Below, piece by piece: positions 48,326 through 57,059 of a stretch of 58,362 nt of DNA; the first letter of the stretch is position 1; every line of letters begins with the position of its first letter. The notes below the pieces were generated by a model, which made no database searches, was not told the DNA's origin, and was given only the letters and a program-made list of their open reading frames with translations. The stretch comes from a virus (Duplodnaviria > Caudoviricetes), in the IMG/VR virus record IMGVR_UViG_3300037882_000558, positions 1 to 58,362 of that record, one strand, 5' to 3'. The position numbers and the translations under genes are program-made.

Positions 48326-50254
48326 TTAACTCCAACGGAAGGTTGATACGCCTTGACCAAGGTTAGTGGTAACCTGGGTTAGACCAGTACGTAGCGAAGC
48401 TACTAGTACCTTGCGTTGTGTTTCAACCATGTCTTGAGTATCGAAACGTAGACCACGTTGGTTACCTGCTAGGAAGTTACCAGGAGCTACAGCGATAGCA
48501 CCAATGTTAGTAGATGCAGTATTTGCACCACCGGCCTTAGTTGGGAACTCAGCTGATACGATTACAGGTGAATTACCGATGCTACCTACTTGACCAGTTA
48601 GTAGGGTCGCTGAGGTACCAACCTTATCCATTGTCTGGAATAGGGTATCGTCTAATAGATCGTAATAGATTTCAGTAGAAACGATATAGGTTAGTTCAGC
48701 AGGATCAAGACCCCAAGCACCTAGGTCCTTACGTAGTGAACGTAAGTTAGCAACAGAAGCAGCACCAGTGTTGGTAGCTACAACGGCTGAAGTGGTGTCA
48801 TATAGCGCAAGACCCTTAACAGGATCAGCACCAGAACCAGCACCTAATAGGTATGCTTTGTCCATTGAACGTGCTACACGGCGAACCATAGCATCACGAA
48901 CGATAGGTAGTAGAACGATTAGTGAGTCTTCTTCTTCTTCAAAGTTCATGTACTCTAGGGTAGCTAGTTTGTAAGCATTTAGAGTAATTTCCTTCAATTG
49001 GTGAGTTTGTGCTGCACCAGGAGAAGCGGTAGTACCGAACTGAGCGTTAGTAACCCAAGTAGCTAGACCAGCTTCAGGGTTTACTGGAATTGTCATTACG
49101 TTGGTCTGCATAGCGATGTTGCGTAATAGAGGCGCAACAACTAAACGACGACGTACTTCAGCTTCCATATTTAGCGAAACTTGTAGTTCCCAAGTTGCTG
49201 ATGCAACGTGAGGACCAACCTTTTCTACTAGACTACGTCCGAACTTGGTGTCAGTAACAGCCTTGCCGGTAATCTTTGATAGTAGAACAGCCTTTTCGAT
49301 TTCGGCGTAGGTTAGTTCGCCGTTCTTGTTGTCGCTGAATTGCATCTTACTCTTTTGAATAGTAGCAATTTCAGCAGCTTTTTCAGCTAGTTGTGCTTGT
49401 AGGCCTTCGAGCATGCTCTTGGCACCAGCAGTTTGTTCTTCGATACGCTTGGTAGCTTCAGCTAATAGCTTTTCGGCTCCGGTATCTAGAGTTTCAATAC
49501 GTGCTGCAACAGCTTTTTCGACCTTAGTATTAAAGTCTTTTTCTGCCTGAGCAACAGCAGCAGCTTCAGCGGTAGCCTTAGCTTGAGCAGCCATAATAGC
49601 TTCTGCAGTCTTGCGAGCGGTTTCAGCTAGCATTTTTTCGATTTCTTCTGGATTCATATTCCATTCCTTGGGTGAGTTGCCTTTTTTCACTACTGCTGAA
49701 GATTCTAGCCCTTTAGCTGCTTCGTCATTAGTTGTAAATTGGGTCTTAAATTGCTTATAATCATCAGCACTTTCAAATGCTTTTGATAAACTAAAAAGAG
49801 TATTTTGATTACAAGGAACTGATACTACTGAGATTTCTACTAGTTCTAGTTCTTTAATAACAAACAACTCTGTTGCTGAATTGTACTCAGCATCAATGAT
49901 TCGGAATCCGATGCTAAATGCTGTAATAATTCCATCTTTGATAAGATTGAACACTTCTGCTGCTGCAGAAATTCTTGCTTTTATCCAAAGACCTCTGCTA
50001 TCTACCTTGCTCTCGACCATTCGTCCAATAGGATGATCGTAGTCGTGCTGAGATAGGATAATAGGGTTCTTTAAATAATTTACCATGCCTGCTTCCCAAA
50101 CTCCGGGAGGTACAACATCACCGGCTCTATCTACATCGTTAGTACTTGCGTAACCTTCAATGAAAATATTCTCGATCTTGCCGTCTGCAGTAGGTAAATC
50201 TTCTTTGGTAATAAAAGCACTATTTAAATGTAGTACTTTTGTTTTAGCTACCAT
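48326..50254 (-). CDS. Prohead protease fused in frame to an HK97-fold major capsid protein
   Basis: IEGYAST, DRAGD, PIILSQH, AFSIGF, EISVVSVPCN (protease), then a coiled-coil delta domain and T5 pb8-like capsid (IPVNPEAG, EEEEDSLI); no stop between them. Confidence 0.9.
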   Translation of the reverse strand: MVAKTKVLHLNSAFITKEDLPTADGKIENIFIEGYASTNDVDRAGDVVPPGVWEAGMVNYLKNPIILSQHDYDHPIGRMVESKVDSRGLWIKARISAAAEVFNLIKDGIITAFSIGFRIIDAEYNSATELFVIKELELVEISVVSVPCNQNTLFSLSKAFESADDYKQFKTQFTTNDEAAKGLESSAVVKKGNSPKEWNMNPEEIEKMLAETARKTAEAIMAAQAKATAEAAAVAQAEKDFNTKVEKAVAARIETLDTGAEKLLAEATKRIEEQTAGAKSMLEGLQAQLAEKAAEIATIQKSKMQFSDNKNGELTYAEIEKAVLLSKITGKAVTDTKFGRSLVEKVGPHVASATWELQVSLNMEAEVRRRLVVAPLLRNIAMQTNVMTIPVNPEAGLATWVTNAQFGTTASPGAAQTHQLKEITLNAYKLATLEYMNFEEEEDSLIVLLPIVRDAMVRRVARSMDKAYLLGAGSGADPVKGLALYDTTSAVVATNTGAASVANLRSLRKDLGAWGLDPAELTYIVSTEIYYDLLDDTLFQTMDKVGTSATLLTGQVGSIGNSPVIVSAEFPTKAGGANTASTNIGAIAVAPGNFLAGNQRGLRFDTQDMVETQRKVLVASLRTGLTQVTTNLGQGVSTFRWS

Positions 50255-50255
50255 G

Positions 50256-51455
50256 TCACTCCTTTGGTGTTGCTTTAGGAGCCCCGCCTTGGCTAGGGTC
50301 CGCTGCAGAACCTGCTATATTAGCAGGTATACGAAGTTTGTCAGAACTAGGATCTTTATCTTTTTCGTATCTTAATTCTACTCTAGCTTCATTTGGTGTT
50401 AACACACCACCGTTGACTAAGGTAGTAAAATATTGGGATATTTCTCTTAGTTCAGGTTGTAACGCCGAAACGTTACTTGTAATTGCCGAAATATCGTAAC
50501 CAAAATAACGTTCCATTGCTGAAACAAAATTAGTTACAATTGGCATTACTGTTTCTAAATAGAACAGTCTTAAATTAGGGGAAATATTTGCGTTATTACC
50601 ACCATCAAGTAAGATAGGTGGAACGCCTAAAGCTTTAAGTATTTTCTCATCGTGAGCAACAATACTAGCAGCAAAATCCATTTCCTGGAAGTTCATGTTA
50701 GATAGTGGGTGAGGCTTCAATCCACTATCTAAAATCATAGGACGACGAGCGCCAGACTTATGACTATATCTCTGTACCCAACCAGCTATTGTTTTCTCTT
50801 TAGCAATAGGGCTAAGTGTATTATCTGTTGTAAGTATTAGACCACCGGTGGCGCCATTCTCAAAGAACTGTTCTTGGAATGACTGCATTTTGTACAGTGT
50901 ATCAATACTTCTATTTGCTGACTCTAATCTGCTAGAACCTCTATATACAGAGCTAGAACTCAAGTCGCGAATATGAATTACTTCGTCAGGCCTAAAGGTT
51001 ATAGTACCGTTATATGTATAACTAGCAATAAAAGTCTTTTGGTCTGTATTTATAAATACGTTGTGGGCTGGTAGATGGTATAAGAATGCACCATCGTAAT
51101 ATATGAATATATTACCCTCAAGTAGGAAATCTGTGAATAGACTCATCTTAAAGTCTATTGATGATTGATAAGGATTGGGTCTGTGGTTTAATAGATTAAA
51201 CAAAGCTTTTTGCTTTGTTCCATTAACTGTACCTTCGATTACCTTATCTTTAATATCGTAATCTAAACTGGCTGCAGCGTTAACAATCATGCTAACACCG
51301 CGGTTTACGCTTTCTAATTTCTCGAATGCTGCAAGGTACGACAGTTTCGCATCTGACCCAATATTAACACCTTGTTCAAAAGATATTAATTGTTGCGCAG
51401 GATTTAACTTCGACTCACTATCCGAGAACCATGATACTGGATTATACCATTTCAT
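50256..51455 (-). CDS. Portal protein (HK97 family)
   Basis: LLNHRPNPYQ, LLEGN, FFENGA, LGVPPILL and LTPNEAR motifs. Confidence 0.93.
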   Translation of the reverse strand: MKWYNPVSWFSDSESKLNPAQQLISFEQGVNIGSDAKLSYLAAFEKLESVNRGVSMIVNAAASLDYDIKDKVIEGTVNGTKQKALFNLLNHRPNPYQSSIDFKMSLFTDFLLEGNIFIYYDGAFLYHLPAHNVFINTDQKTFIASYTYNGTITFRPDEVIHIRDLSSSSVYRGSSRLESANRSIDTLYKMQSFQEQFFENGATGGLILTTDNTLSPIAKEKTIAGWVQRYSHKSGARRPMILDSGLKPHPLSNMNFQEMDFAASIVAHDEKILKALGVPPILLDGGNNANISPNLRLFYLETVMPIVTNFVSAMERYFGYDISAITSNVSALQPELREISQYFTTLVNGGVLTPNEARVELRYEKDKDPSSDKLRIPANIAGSAADPSQGGAPKATPKE

Positions 51456-51463
51456 GTTGTTCC

Positions 51464-51898
51464 TTAATAGAATTTAGCAAAACTAGATAAGGATGTTACC
51501 TGTTTGGCAGGTTCTTCACCAGATTCAATTTTAGCTTTTTGTAGGTCAATCCATCTCTGCTGTTTAGGTACAGAACTAGGGGTGGGTGCTTTACCGTAAA
51601 TACCGTGTAGCTTTACGTGATGCCTATTACATAGTGTATAAACAAGATCGTAAATCTCCGTGTGATGCTCCGCGATAAAATCATCTCTAACTGCTAAAAT
51701 ACCTTCGTCTGTAGAAATATCAAATTGATTTCTATCAGCCCAGTTATTTAAAAGCAAAGTAATGGAGTGAAGGTGATGTAGTTCCAGATCTTGGTCTGAA
51801 CCACAGATAAAACAATGGGACTGTTTTTCATAGGCTTTTTTAGCCTTATCTCTAACCCACTTAACTGGTATGCGATTATTATTGGTATTCTTTGCCAT
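51464..51898 (-). CDS. HNH endonuclease (T5 nicking-enzyme-like)
   Basis: KWVRDKAK, CFICG, LELHH, TLCNRHHVKLH; between terminase and portal as in T5. Confidence 0.82.
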   Translation of the reverse strand: MAKNTNNNRIPVKWVRDKAKKAYEKQSHCFICGSDQDLELHHLHSITLLLNNWADRNQFDISTDEGILAVRDDFIAEHHTEIYDLVYTLCNRHHVKLHGIYGKAPTPSSVPKQQRWIDLQKAKIESGEEPAKQVTSLSSFAKFY

Positions 51899-51925
51899 TC
51901 TGGGACCGAATTTTCGAATTTCCTT

Positions 51926-51954
51926 ATTATAGCACTCACCCCACCAGTTGTCAA
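51926..51954 (-). promoter_or_regulatory. Late promoter for the head genes
   Basis: TTGACA-N17-TATAAT with TG extension and A-tract. Confidence 0.85.
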
Positions 51955-51976
51955 TACCTAAATTTTCTCACCCTGC

Positions 51977-52014
51977 AAAAGAAAACCTCCTAAGCGGCAA
52001 AGCTTAGGAGGTTT
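51977..52014 (-). terminator. Terminator after the terminase block
   Basis: AAACCTCCTAAGC / GCTTAGGAGGTTT stem followed by a T-rich tail on the minus strand. Confidence 0.75.
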
Positions 52015-52369
52015 GTAGTGCTAAGGTAATATCTATTAAAGAGCAGTGCCTATATTCGAGTATCTTTTCTATCTGAGCAGGGCTGAGCCTAGATAGCTCG
52101 TTAAAAGGCGTGGTAGTATTTAAACAAATGTCCTTAGGGTAATTGTGTATCGAAGCAGTTTCTAGAGTATTTAAGAAATCCTTATGACACTCTAGGAGTA
52201 CAAATGTTTCGGGATCACCGAATTTATTCCACTCATTTTGCAAACACTTGGCAGCTCTATAAAACCTGAAGTCTTTAAAGTGTTGAGCCCAGCGTGCTTC
52301 GATATCTACACTTTGACCTATATAAACTTTACCCGAATAGAACTTTAGAAGATAAATTCCACAGGTCAT
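52004..52369 (-). CDS. Free-standing GIY-YIG endonuclease
   Basis: CGIYLL...VYIGQS.DIEARWAQH...LETASI...LN. Confidence 0.85.
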   Translation of the reverse strand: MTCGIYLLKFYSGKVYIGQSVDIEARWAQHFKDFRFYRAAKCLQNEWNKFGDPETFVLLECHKDFLNTLETASIHNYPKDICLNTTTPFNELSRLSPAQIEKILEYRHCSLIDITLALQTS

Positions 52370-53664
52370 ATAGTGTAGCTATATAGGGCATAACGAATTG
52401 CGTCACCGATGTCAGAGAAGTCATGTTTTGGTTTTTCTTTAGTTAAGGTTTCACGGGTATCCCAAGCATACTGGTCAAACATGGTGAGTACATGTTTGCA
52501 GTGCGGGGCAACTTTCAAACGACCCTGTTCTACTAGGGTCTGTACATAAGCAATACCTGGTAATACATCTTTTTTAGCTTTAATTGTAGCGATATCGTAG
52601 GTATAGGCTAAGTCAGCACCAAACTGAGCCGCGGCCGAGTCGATGAATAATGCGTCAACTTTATACTTATGTAACATTTCAGCAATGCGATCAGCATGTT
52701 TAGCTGTTACAGTATTGGATTCCAAGTACTCATCTACGATATGGAAAGTATCATCATAGTCATCATAAGCAATTACAGCAAAGGCTGTAGGGTCTTTATA
52801 TCCGGGGTCTAGCCCAGCTATAAATTCTATTCGGCCCTTAGGTTCAAATTCGCAAATGCTAGACTGTGGAAGCTGATAGATCTGCCCTTCGAACACTGTA
52901 AACGAAGCCATGTATTCTTGTTCAAAGTGGTTGCGTGACATAGTCTTACGAGCTTCGTTGACGTCTTTTTCCGACATACGCTCGTTTTCAGTATAGTCAG
53001 CATGTAGAGATACCCATTCAGGGTATTCGTCACTAAAACCACGTTGGTAGTATTCACTAAACCAGTTATTTTTACCGCGAGGTGTAGAAATAAAGATGGC
53101 CTTTGAGTTAGGACGGTCTAGAGTAGGGCGTAGCGCAACTTCAAACGCCTCTCGGGCATCTGCCCCAAGCGCAGCTTCGTCGAAGATAATCAAGTCATAC
53201 GAACGTCCAACGCAACTATCTACAGTTCCAATAGAACCCATACGAATGGTCGAACCATTCTCTAGTTCAATTACACGATCTTTAAGATTGTCTTTTGCTA
53301 CTTCTAGGTCAAAAGTACGGATTAACTTACGTTGTAATTCAAACGAGATAGACGATAACGAAAAGTTAGGCGACATGATTAAAACATTACAGCCAGGCAT
53401 TAAGTCAACTAATTGACCAATAATGTTAGCAATGAATGTTTTACCAAGACGCCTACTTAACGCAGCTACAACAAATCGAAAAAGAGGGTTGTTAACTGCG
53501 TTAATTAGCGCAATTTGGGGTCGGTTGATTTCTTCCCATGCGTTCTTACCATTAAAGTTTAATAGCTTAAGATAAGGAACAATCGGAAGTTTTATGAATC
53601 GTTCAGTAACAGGAAACTCAGTTACAAAATCTCTATCAATGCCTTCACGTGATATGGTCAACAT
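52366..53664 (-). CDS. Terminase large subunit
   Basis: SRRLGKT, IIFDEAA, ISTPRG, FEQEY, GLDPG and DAIRYA motifs. Confidence 0.95.
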   Translation of the reverse strand: MLTISREGIDRDFVTEFPVTERFIKLPIVPYLKLLNFNGKNAWEEINRPQIALINAVNNPLFRFVVAALSRRLGKTFIANIIGQLVDLMPGCNVLIMSPNFSLSSISFELQRKLIRTFDLEVAKDNLKDRVIELENGSTIRMGSIGTVDSCVGRSYDLIIFDEAALGADAREAFEVALRPTLDRPNSKAIFISTPRGKNNWFSEYYQRGFSDEYPEWVSLHADYTENERMSEKDVNEARKTMSRNHFEQEYMASFTVFEGQIYQLPQSSICEFEPKGRIEFIAGLDPGYKDPTAFAVIAYDDYDDTFHIVDEYLESNTVTAKHADRIAEMLHKYKVDALFIDSAAAQFGADLAYTYDIATIKAKKDVLPGIAYVQTLVEQGRLKVAPHCKHVLTMFDQYAWDTRETLTKEKPKHDFSDIGDAIRYALYSYTI

Positions 53665-54964
53665 GTATTACACTCTCCTGTACTTCCGTTAGCGTAGCCC
53701 AAGGAGCTAGAGGTTTAACTAACACTATCTTTTCCTGCGTTAGTAATTCTTTGTAAACTGCAATCATGGGTGCTTCTAGGACTCGCTGACGATATAATTC
53801 AACCACGTGATCCATGGTTTTCTCCCATGAACCTAAATTGCGGATAATTCTTACCGAAGGATACCACGGAGTGGTAGATCCACTATTACCCCAACGGAAG
53901 TCGGTTTCTAGCAAAGGCTGAATCATCCAGCATTCTACACCTAGAGAACCACAAAGGTGAACAATGGAGGTATCCACAGTTATTACTAAATCTAGCTGCG
54001 AAACCAAGCGAATGGTTTGATCCCAATCTGTAATTTTGTGATTTCTAATATAACTAGGATGAGTATTATTAAGAGACAGGTTATGCAAAGTAGCAAGATT
54101 AGAGAGGCCCCTAAAATAGCCAGCAGACATAGAACGATTTGCATTATTAGCATGAGTGGCAGAACCAGCCCATACAATACCAACGCCTTCAAGAGGAACA
54201 TGTTTAGGCTTTCTTAAATGGGCTAACCAAGTAGCTGGCGCACTACTAATACCAAATATCTGTGCTAGTGAGCAAATTGGCACACCGTATCCACTAGGCA
54301 CACGCACACATTCCCAACGACTAAAAAATATATCTAACGAAGGGTCGCACATTACTGTGACTTTATCGCAAAAGGCTTCAAGCAAGTGTATATAGCGACC
54401 AAACATTAACTTATCACCAATGCCTTGTTCTGCTAGTACGCAAATTTCGTGGACATGACTAACACCATCCCAGCGCAGTGTATACTTTAAGTCAATGGGA
54501 TTACTATTACGGCGAAAACGATATTCGTAGTCAGCCCATGCACTAGGCCAATCAATCTCACCACGGTCGAACCCCATGCGCAAAGTTGCATTACCTCGAT
54601 TCCATACGGCATCATAGTGTAGTGGATCAGCCTGTAAACATTGATTATAATGTTGAATAGCCAGAGCATCGCGACCATAACGATAGTGCATTAAGCCAAT
54701 GTTATTTTCAGCTAGACTATAAGACTCTACACGACGACCGTTTAAAAATGGTAAATCGGGACTATTAGCTTTGACATAACATTCAATAGCCTTACGATCA
54801 TCACCAGCTAGGCGATAAGCATTACCCATGTTTAAGTACAATTCCTTAAACAGCATAGTACCGCTATGCTGAAATGCACTTTCGCACTTCTTAAAATAAA
54901 CTAGAGCTTTTTGGCCTTTATTGGCTTCTAGTAATCTGGTTGCTCTGTTATAGTGTTCTAGCAT
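53645..54964 (-). CDS. TPR-repeat glycosyltransferase (GT-B, GT9-like C-terminus)
   Basis: TPR repeats (LYLNMGNAY, AENNIGLMHY, AVWNRG); EQGIGD..MFGRY, GIVWAGS, LDLVITVDTSIVHLCGSLG and PWYPSVR motifs. Confidence 0.85.
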   Translation of the reverse strand: MLEHYNRATRLLEANKGQKALVYFKKCESAFQHSGTMLFKELYLNMGNAYRLAGDDRKAIECYVKANSPDLPFLNGRRVESYSLAENNIGLMHYRYGRDALAIQHYNQCLQADPLHYDAVWNRGNATLRMGFDRGEIDWPSAWADYEYRFRRNSNPIDLKYTLRWDGVSHVHEICVLAEQGIGDKLMFGRYIHLLEAFCDKVTVMCDPSLDIFFSRWECVRVPSGYGVPICSLAQIFGISSAPATWLAHLRKPKHVPLEGVGIVWAGSATHANNANRSMSAGYFRGLSNLATLHNLSLNNTHPSYIRNHKITDWDQTIRLVSQLDLVITVDTSIVHLCGSLGVECWMIQPLLETDFRWGNSGSTTPWYPSVRIIRNLGSWEKTMDHVVELYRQRVLEAPMIAVYKELLTQEKIVLVKPLAPWATLTEVQESVIHVDHIT

Positions 54965-55442
54965 CGGGGTTTAGTAATCTTTCTACAAGGGAGGCGTAGT
55001 TGCTACCATCGCCATTTATTTGAATATTGTTTTGGGTCTTGATTTCGCGCTTATCAGTTTCTTTTTCCAGTGCTAGTTTCTTAATTTCTAGCTCTAGCAA
55101 TTCTTTGGTAAACTTGTGCGATAGGGTAAGGATTTCTAAGATATCTTTGTTTGACCCAATATCTGCTTCGTCCATTTCCTGGAACTTCTTTTCAATAATA
55201 GCGTCTAAAGCCTGTCGCATCTTAAACCGGTTATTGAATCCGGCATTAAAGAATACGTTGTCTACATAGGCTCGGACCTCGCGGCGGTTCAAGATTTTAG
55301 TAACTATATCTGGGGTAGTATCTAATTCTTGGGCTACCTTGGCAATATCTGGAGTTAGCAAATAGCAGTTGGCTATTTCTAAGGCTTCTGGGCTGATCTC
55401 GATGGCTTCAGCAGGATGAGCAGTGGGTAAGTTTTCAGACAT
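54948..55442 (-). CDS. Terminase small subunit (T5-like)
   Basis: ISPEALEIANCYL, EVRAYVDNVF..GFNNR, SNKDILEIL and NYASLVERL motifs. Confidence 0.85.
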   Translation of the reverse strand: MSENLPTAHPAEAIEISPEALEIANCYLLTPDIAKVAQELDTTPDIVTKILNRREVRAYVDNVFFNAGFNNRFKMRQALDAIIEKKFQEMDEADIGSNKDILEILTLSHKFTKELLELEIKKLALEKETDKREIKTQNNIQINGDGSNYASLVERLLNPDARTL

Positions 55443-55464
55443 AAGATTCCTGTAATTTGTTCAA

Positions 55465-55493
55465 ATTATAGCACGAGGGGACGTGAGGGGCAA
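55465..55493 (-). promoter_or_regulatory. Late promoter for the terminase operon
   Basis: TTGCCC-N17-TATAAT with TG extension and upstream AAAATTT. Confidence 0.75.
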
Positions 55494-55560
55494 GGGGGAA
55501 ATTTTGGACGCTTGGGAAGTTTTTGATAACTAATGGAAACTGTGTAAACTGCTATGTAGA

Positions 55561-55647
55561 ATGGCACCTAAAGTTGTGTGTTAATTGCTATGGCACCTAA
55601 AGTTGTGTGTTAATTGCTATGTGCAATGGCACCTAAAGTTGTGTGTT
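55561..55647. repeat. Tandem direct repeat, 29-bp unit, two full copies plus one partial
   Basis: ATGGCACCTAAAGTTGTGTGTTAATTGCT at 55561 and 55590; a 22-bp partial copy at 55626. Confidence 0.95.
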
Positions 55648-55903
55648 GAAATACCTGTAATTAGGCCGTGAAGATGGGTTGGCCTCCGGGGGTTGTAACC
55701 AAGTCTCGGAACCGGCCCTATTGTCTCATACCTGGCCGGCGGCGTCAACCTGGGATAAACCCTAAGATGCAAAAATAATACACTACTGTATAAAACATCA
55801 GTAGCTCTAAAACGCACTAGAACGGCCTCTAAGGCGTTTAAACCTTTTTGGCCACTACCTCCTAGGAGACATGTTATCTGCCAAGCCTGCGGCCGTTAAC
55901 ACA

Positions 55904-55967
55904 TTATCCACACCCCATTTCATAGGAGAATTTGGGGTTGCAAACAAGTTATCAAGCCTGTGGATAA
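55904..55967. promoter_or_regulatory. Inverted pair of consensus DnaA boxes
   Basis: TTATCCACA at 55904-55912 and TGTGGATAA at 55959-55967. Confidence 0.75.
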
Positions 55968-56298
55968 CACACATCTTGTTACAATATAGGGTAAGTACCA
56001 GGAACAGGGTAAACCCCTATGGTTTGGGAAATTTGGCATGGTAGGCAATACCCCTGCTTGCTGTAAGGCTTTTATCTAACATATTGGGCAAGTATAGGCA
56101 AGTAGGGACATACCCTATACTAATGAAACCTGGCACACCATAAGCTTTGGCTATACTATCAACACCTGGCAGACCATAGGCCTGGGCTATCGGCGTGCTA
56201 TACCATCAGCGGCTTAGGGTCAAGTAGGGATAAACACCTATACCGCCTGGCGCTGGTCGCGGTATGCTGTTTACTCAACTTCTGGAATTGGACTCTAT

Positions 56299-56385
56299 AT
56301 GTTGCTCCGCTCCTCCCTCCTAGTTACCCGCGCCATGCTGGAAGCCCTCGCCGAAAAGCGCGCATTCTCTAAGGTGACAGCATGA
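56299..56385 (+). CDS. 28-aa pre-early-type ORF
   Basis: First ORF after the putative promoter; ATGA coupling to the next ORF. Confidence 0.4.
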   Translation: MLLRSSLLVTRAMLEALAEKRAFSKVTA

Positions 56386-56540
56386 GACAAGAACGCAAAG
56401 CAGAGTATTTCCCGCAGTACCATCAAACAACCCACATAGGCGAACATTTCGCAACCCCTGCAAAGCCTCGCCGGCAAAAGCAGAAACAAAAGCGCGGTTT
56501 TTCCTTTCGCAACCTTTTCAAAACTGGGGCCATCAAATGA
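56382..56540 (+). CDS. 52-aa basic ORF
   Basis: MRQERKAEYF...; AAGGTG upstream; ATGA overlaps at both ends. Confidence 0.5.
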   Translation: MRQERKAEYFPQYHQTTHIGEHFATPAKPRRQKQKQKRGFSFRNLFKTGAIK

Positions 56541-56656
56541 ATTTCATTCTTTGGATTCTGGCATTCGCTGCACTCTGCTGGATTGGTAGCGTAGTTTGGG
56601 GCGAGATTCTGGACGGTCTGGAAGAACTCGCGCAATATATGCGCAATAGACGCTAA
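56537..56656 (+). CDS. 39-aa membrane peptide
   Basis: MNFILWILAFAALCWIGSVVWG...; coupled to its neighbours. Confidence 0.5.
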   Translation: MNFILWILAFAALCWIGSVVWGEILDGLEELAQYMRNRR

Positions 56657-56657
56657 A

Positions 56658-56889
56658 ATGGAAACGCTGGCGGTTATACTGTTAGCGTTTTCACCTATGC
56701 TAATCATCGGTTATTTAAATGACCCGCTATTTATTTCTAGCCGGTGCGTGGTTATGCGCTACTGGCTTTGTTGTGTTTGGGTTGCTTGCATTCTGTGTCG
56801 GCACAATCCCGGACATACTCAAGCGCGACCGATTCGCGTATGGGTTTCTTTGCGCTAACATTGTGGGACTAATCCGGCTTTGCATTTAA
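56658..56889 (+). CDS. Hydrophobic small ORF(s): 56658..56858 and/or 56719..56889
   Basis: Two overlapping hydrophobic frames; the second ends right at the terminator; cannot tell which is real. Confidence 0.35.
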
Positions 56890-56920
56890 AAATCGGCGCA
56901 AGCCGATTTTTTGTTGTTTT
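56888..56920 (+). terminator. Rho-independent terminator
   Basis: AAAAATCGGC-GCAA-GCCGATTTTTT (GNRA loop). Confidence 0.85.
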
Positions 56921-57059
56921 TGCGCAACATGCGCCAAAATGAGGCGCACTCCGCCGAACTAATTATAACATGGAAACCCTGGGCCTAGACTAGGTGTTTT
57001 CACCTATAACGCCTGGCGCGTTGTGTGATATGCTTGCGATTCACGGACTAGGGGCATAA

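Larger units (their letters stand above)
55752..57006. repeat. Dispersed palindromic motif TAGG-N7/8-CCTA
   Basis: Copies or variants at about 55752, 55987, 56006, 56042, 56103, 56225 and 56991. Confidence 0.7.

Noticed and set aside
55561-55647. 29-bp repeats as a mini CRISPR array
   Set aside because: Repeats are directly adjacent or separated by 7 nt, with no unique spacers and no cas genes in the window
55660-55750. GC-rich stretch as a tRNA or structured ncRNA
   Set aside because: No cloverleaf, T-loop GTTCRA or recognisable family motif by eye; a covariance-model search would be needed
55617-55817. 66-aa minus-strand ORF in the repeat region
   Set aside because: Runs through the repeat/regulatory region, with atypical composition and no convincing SD
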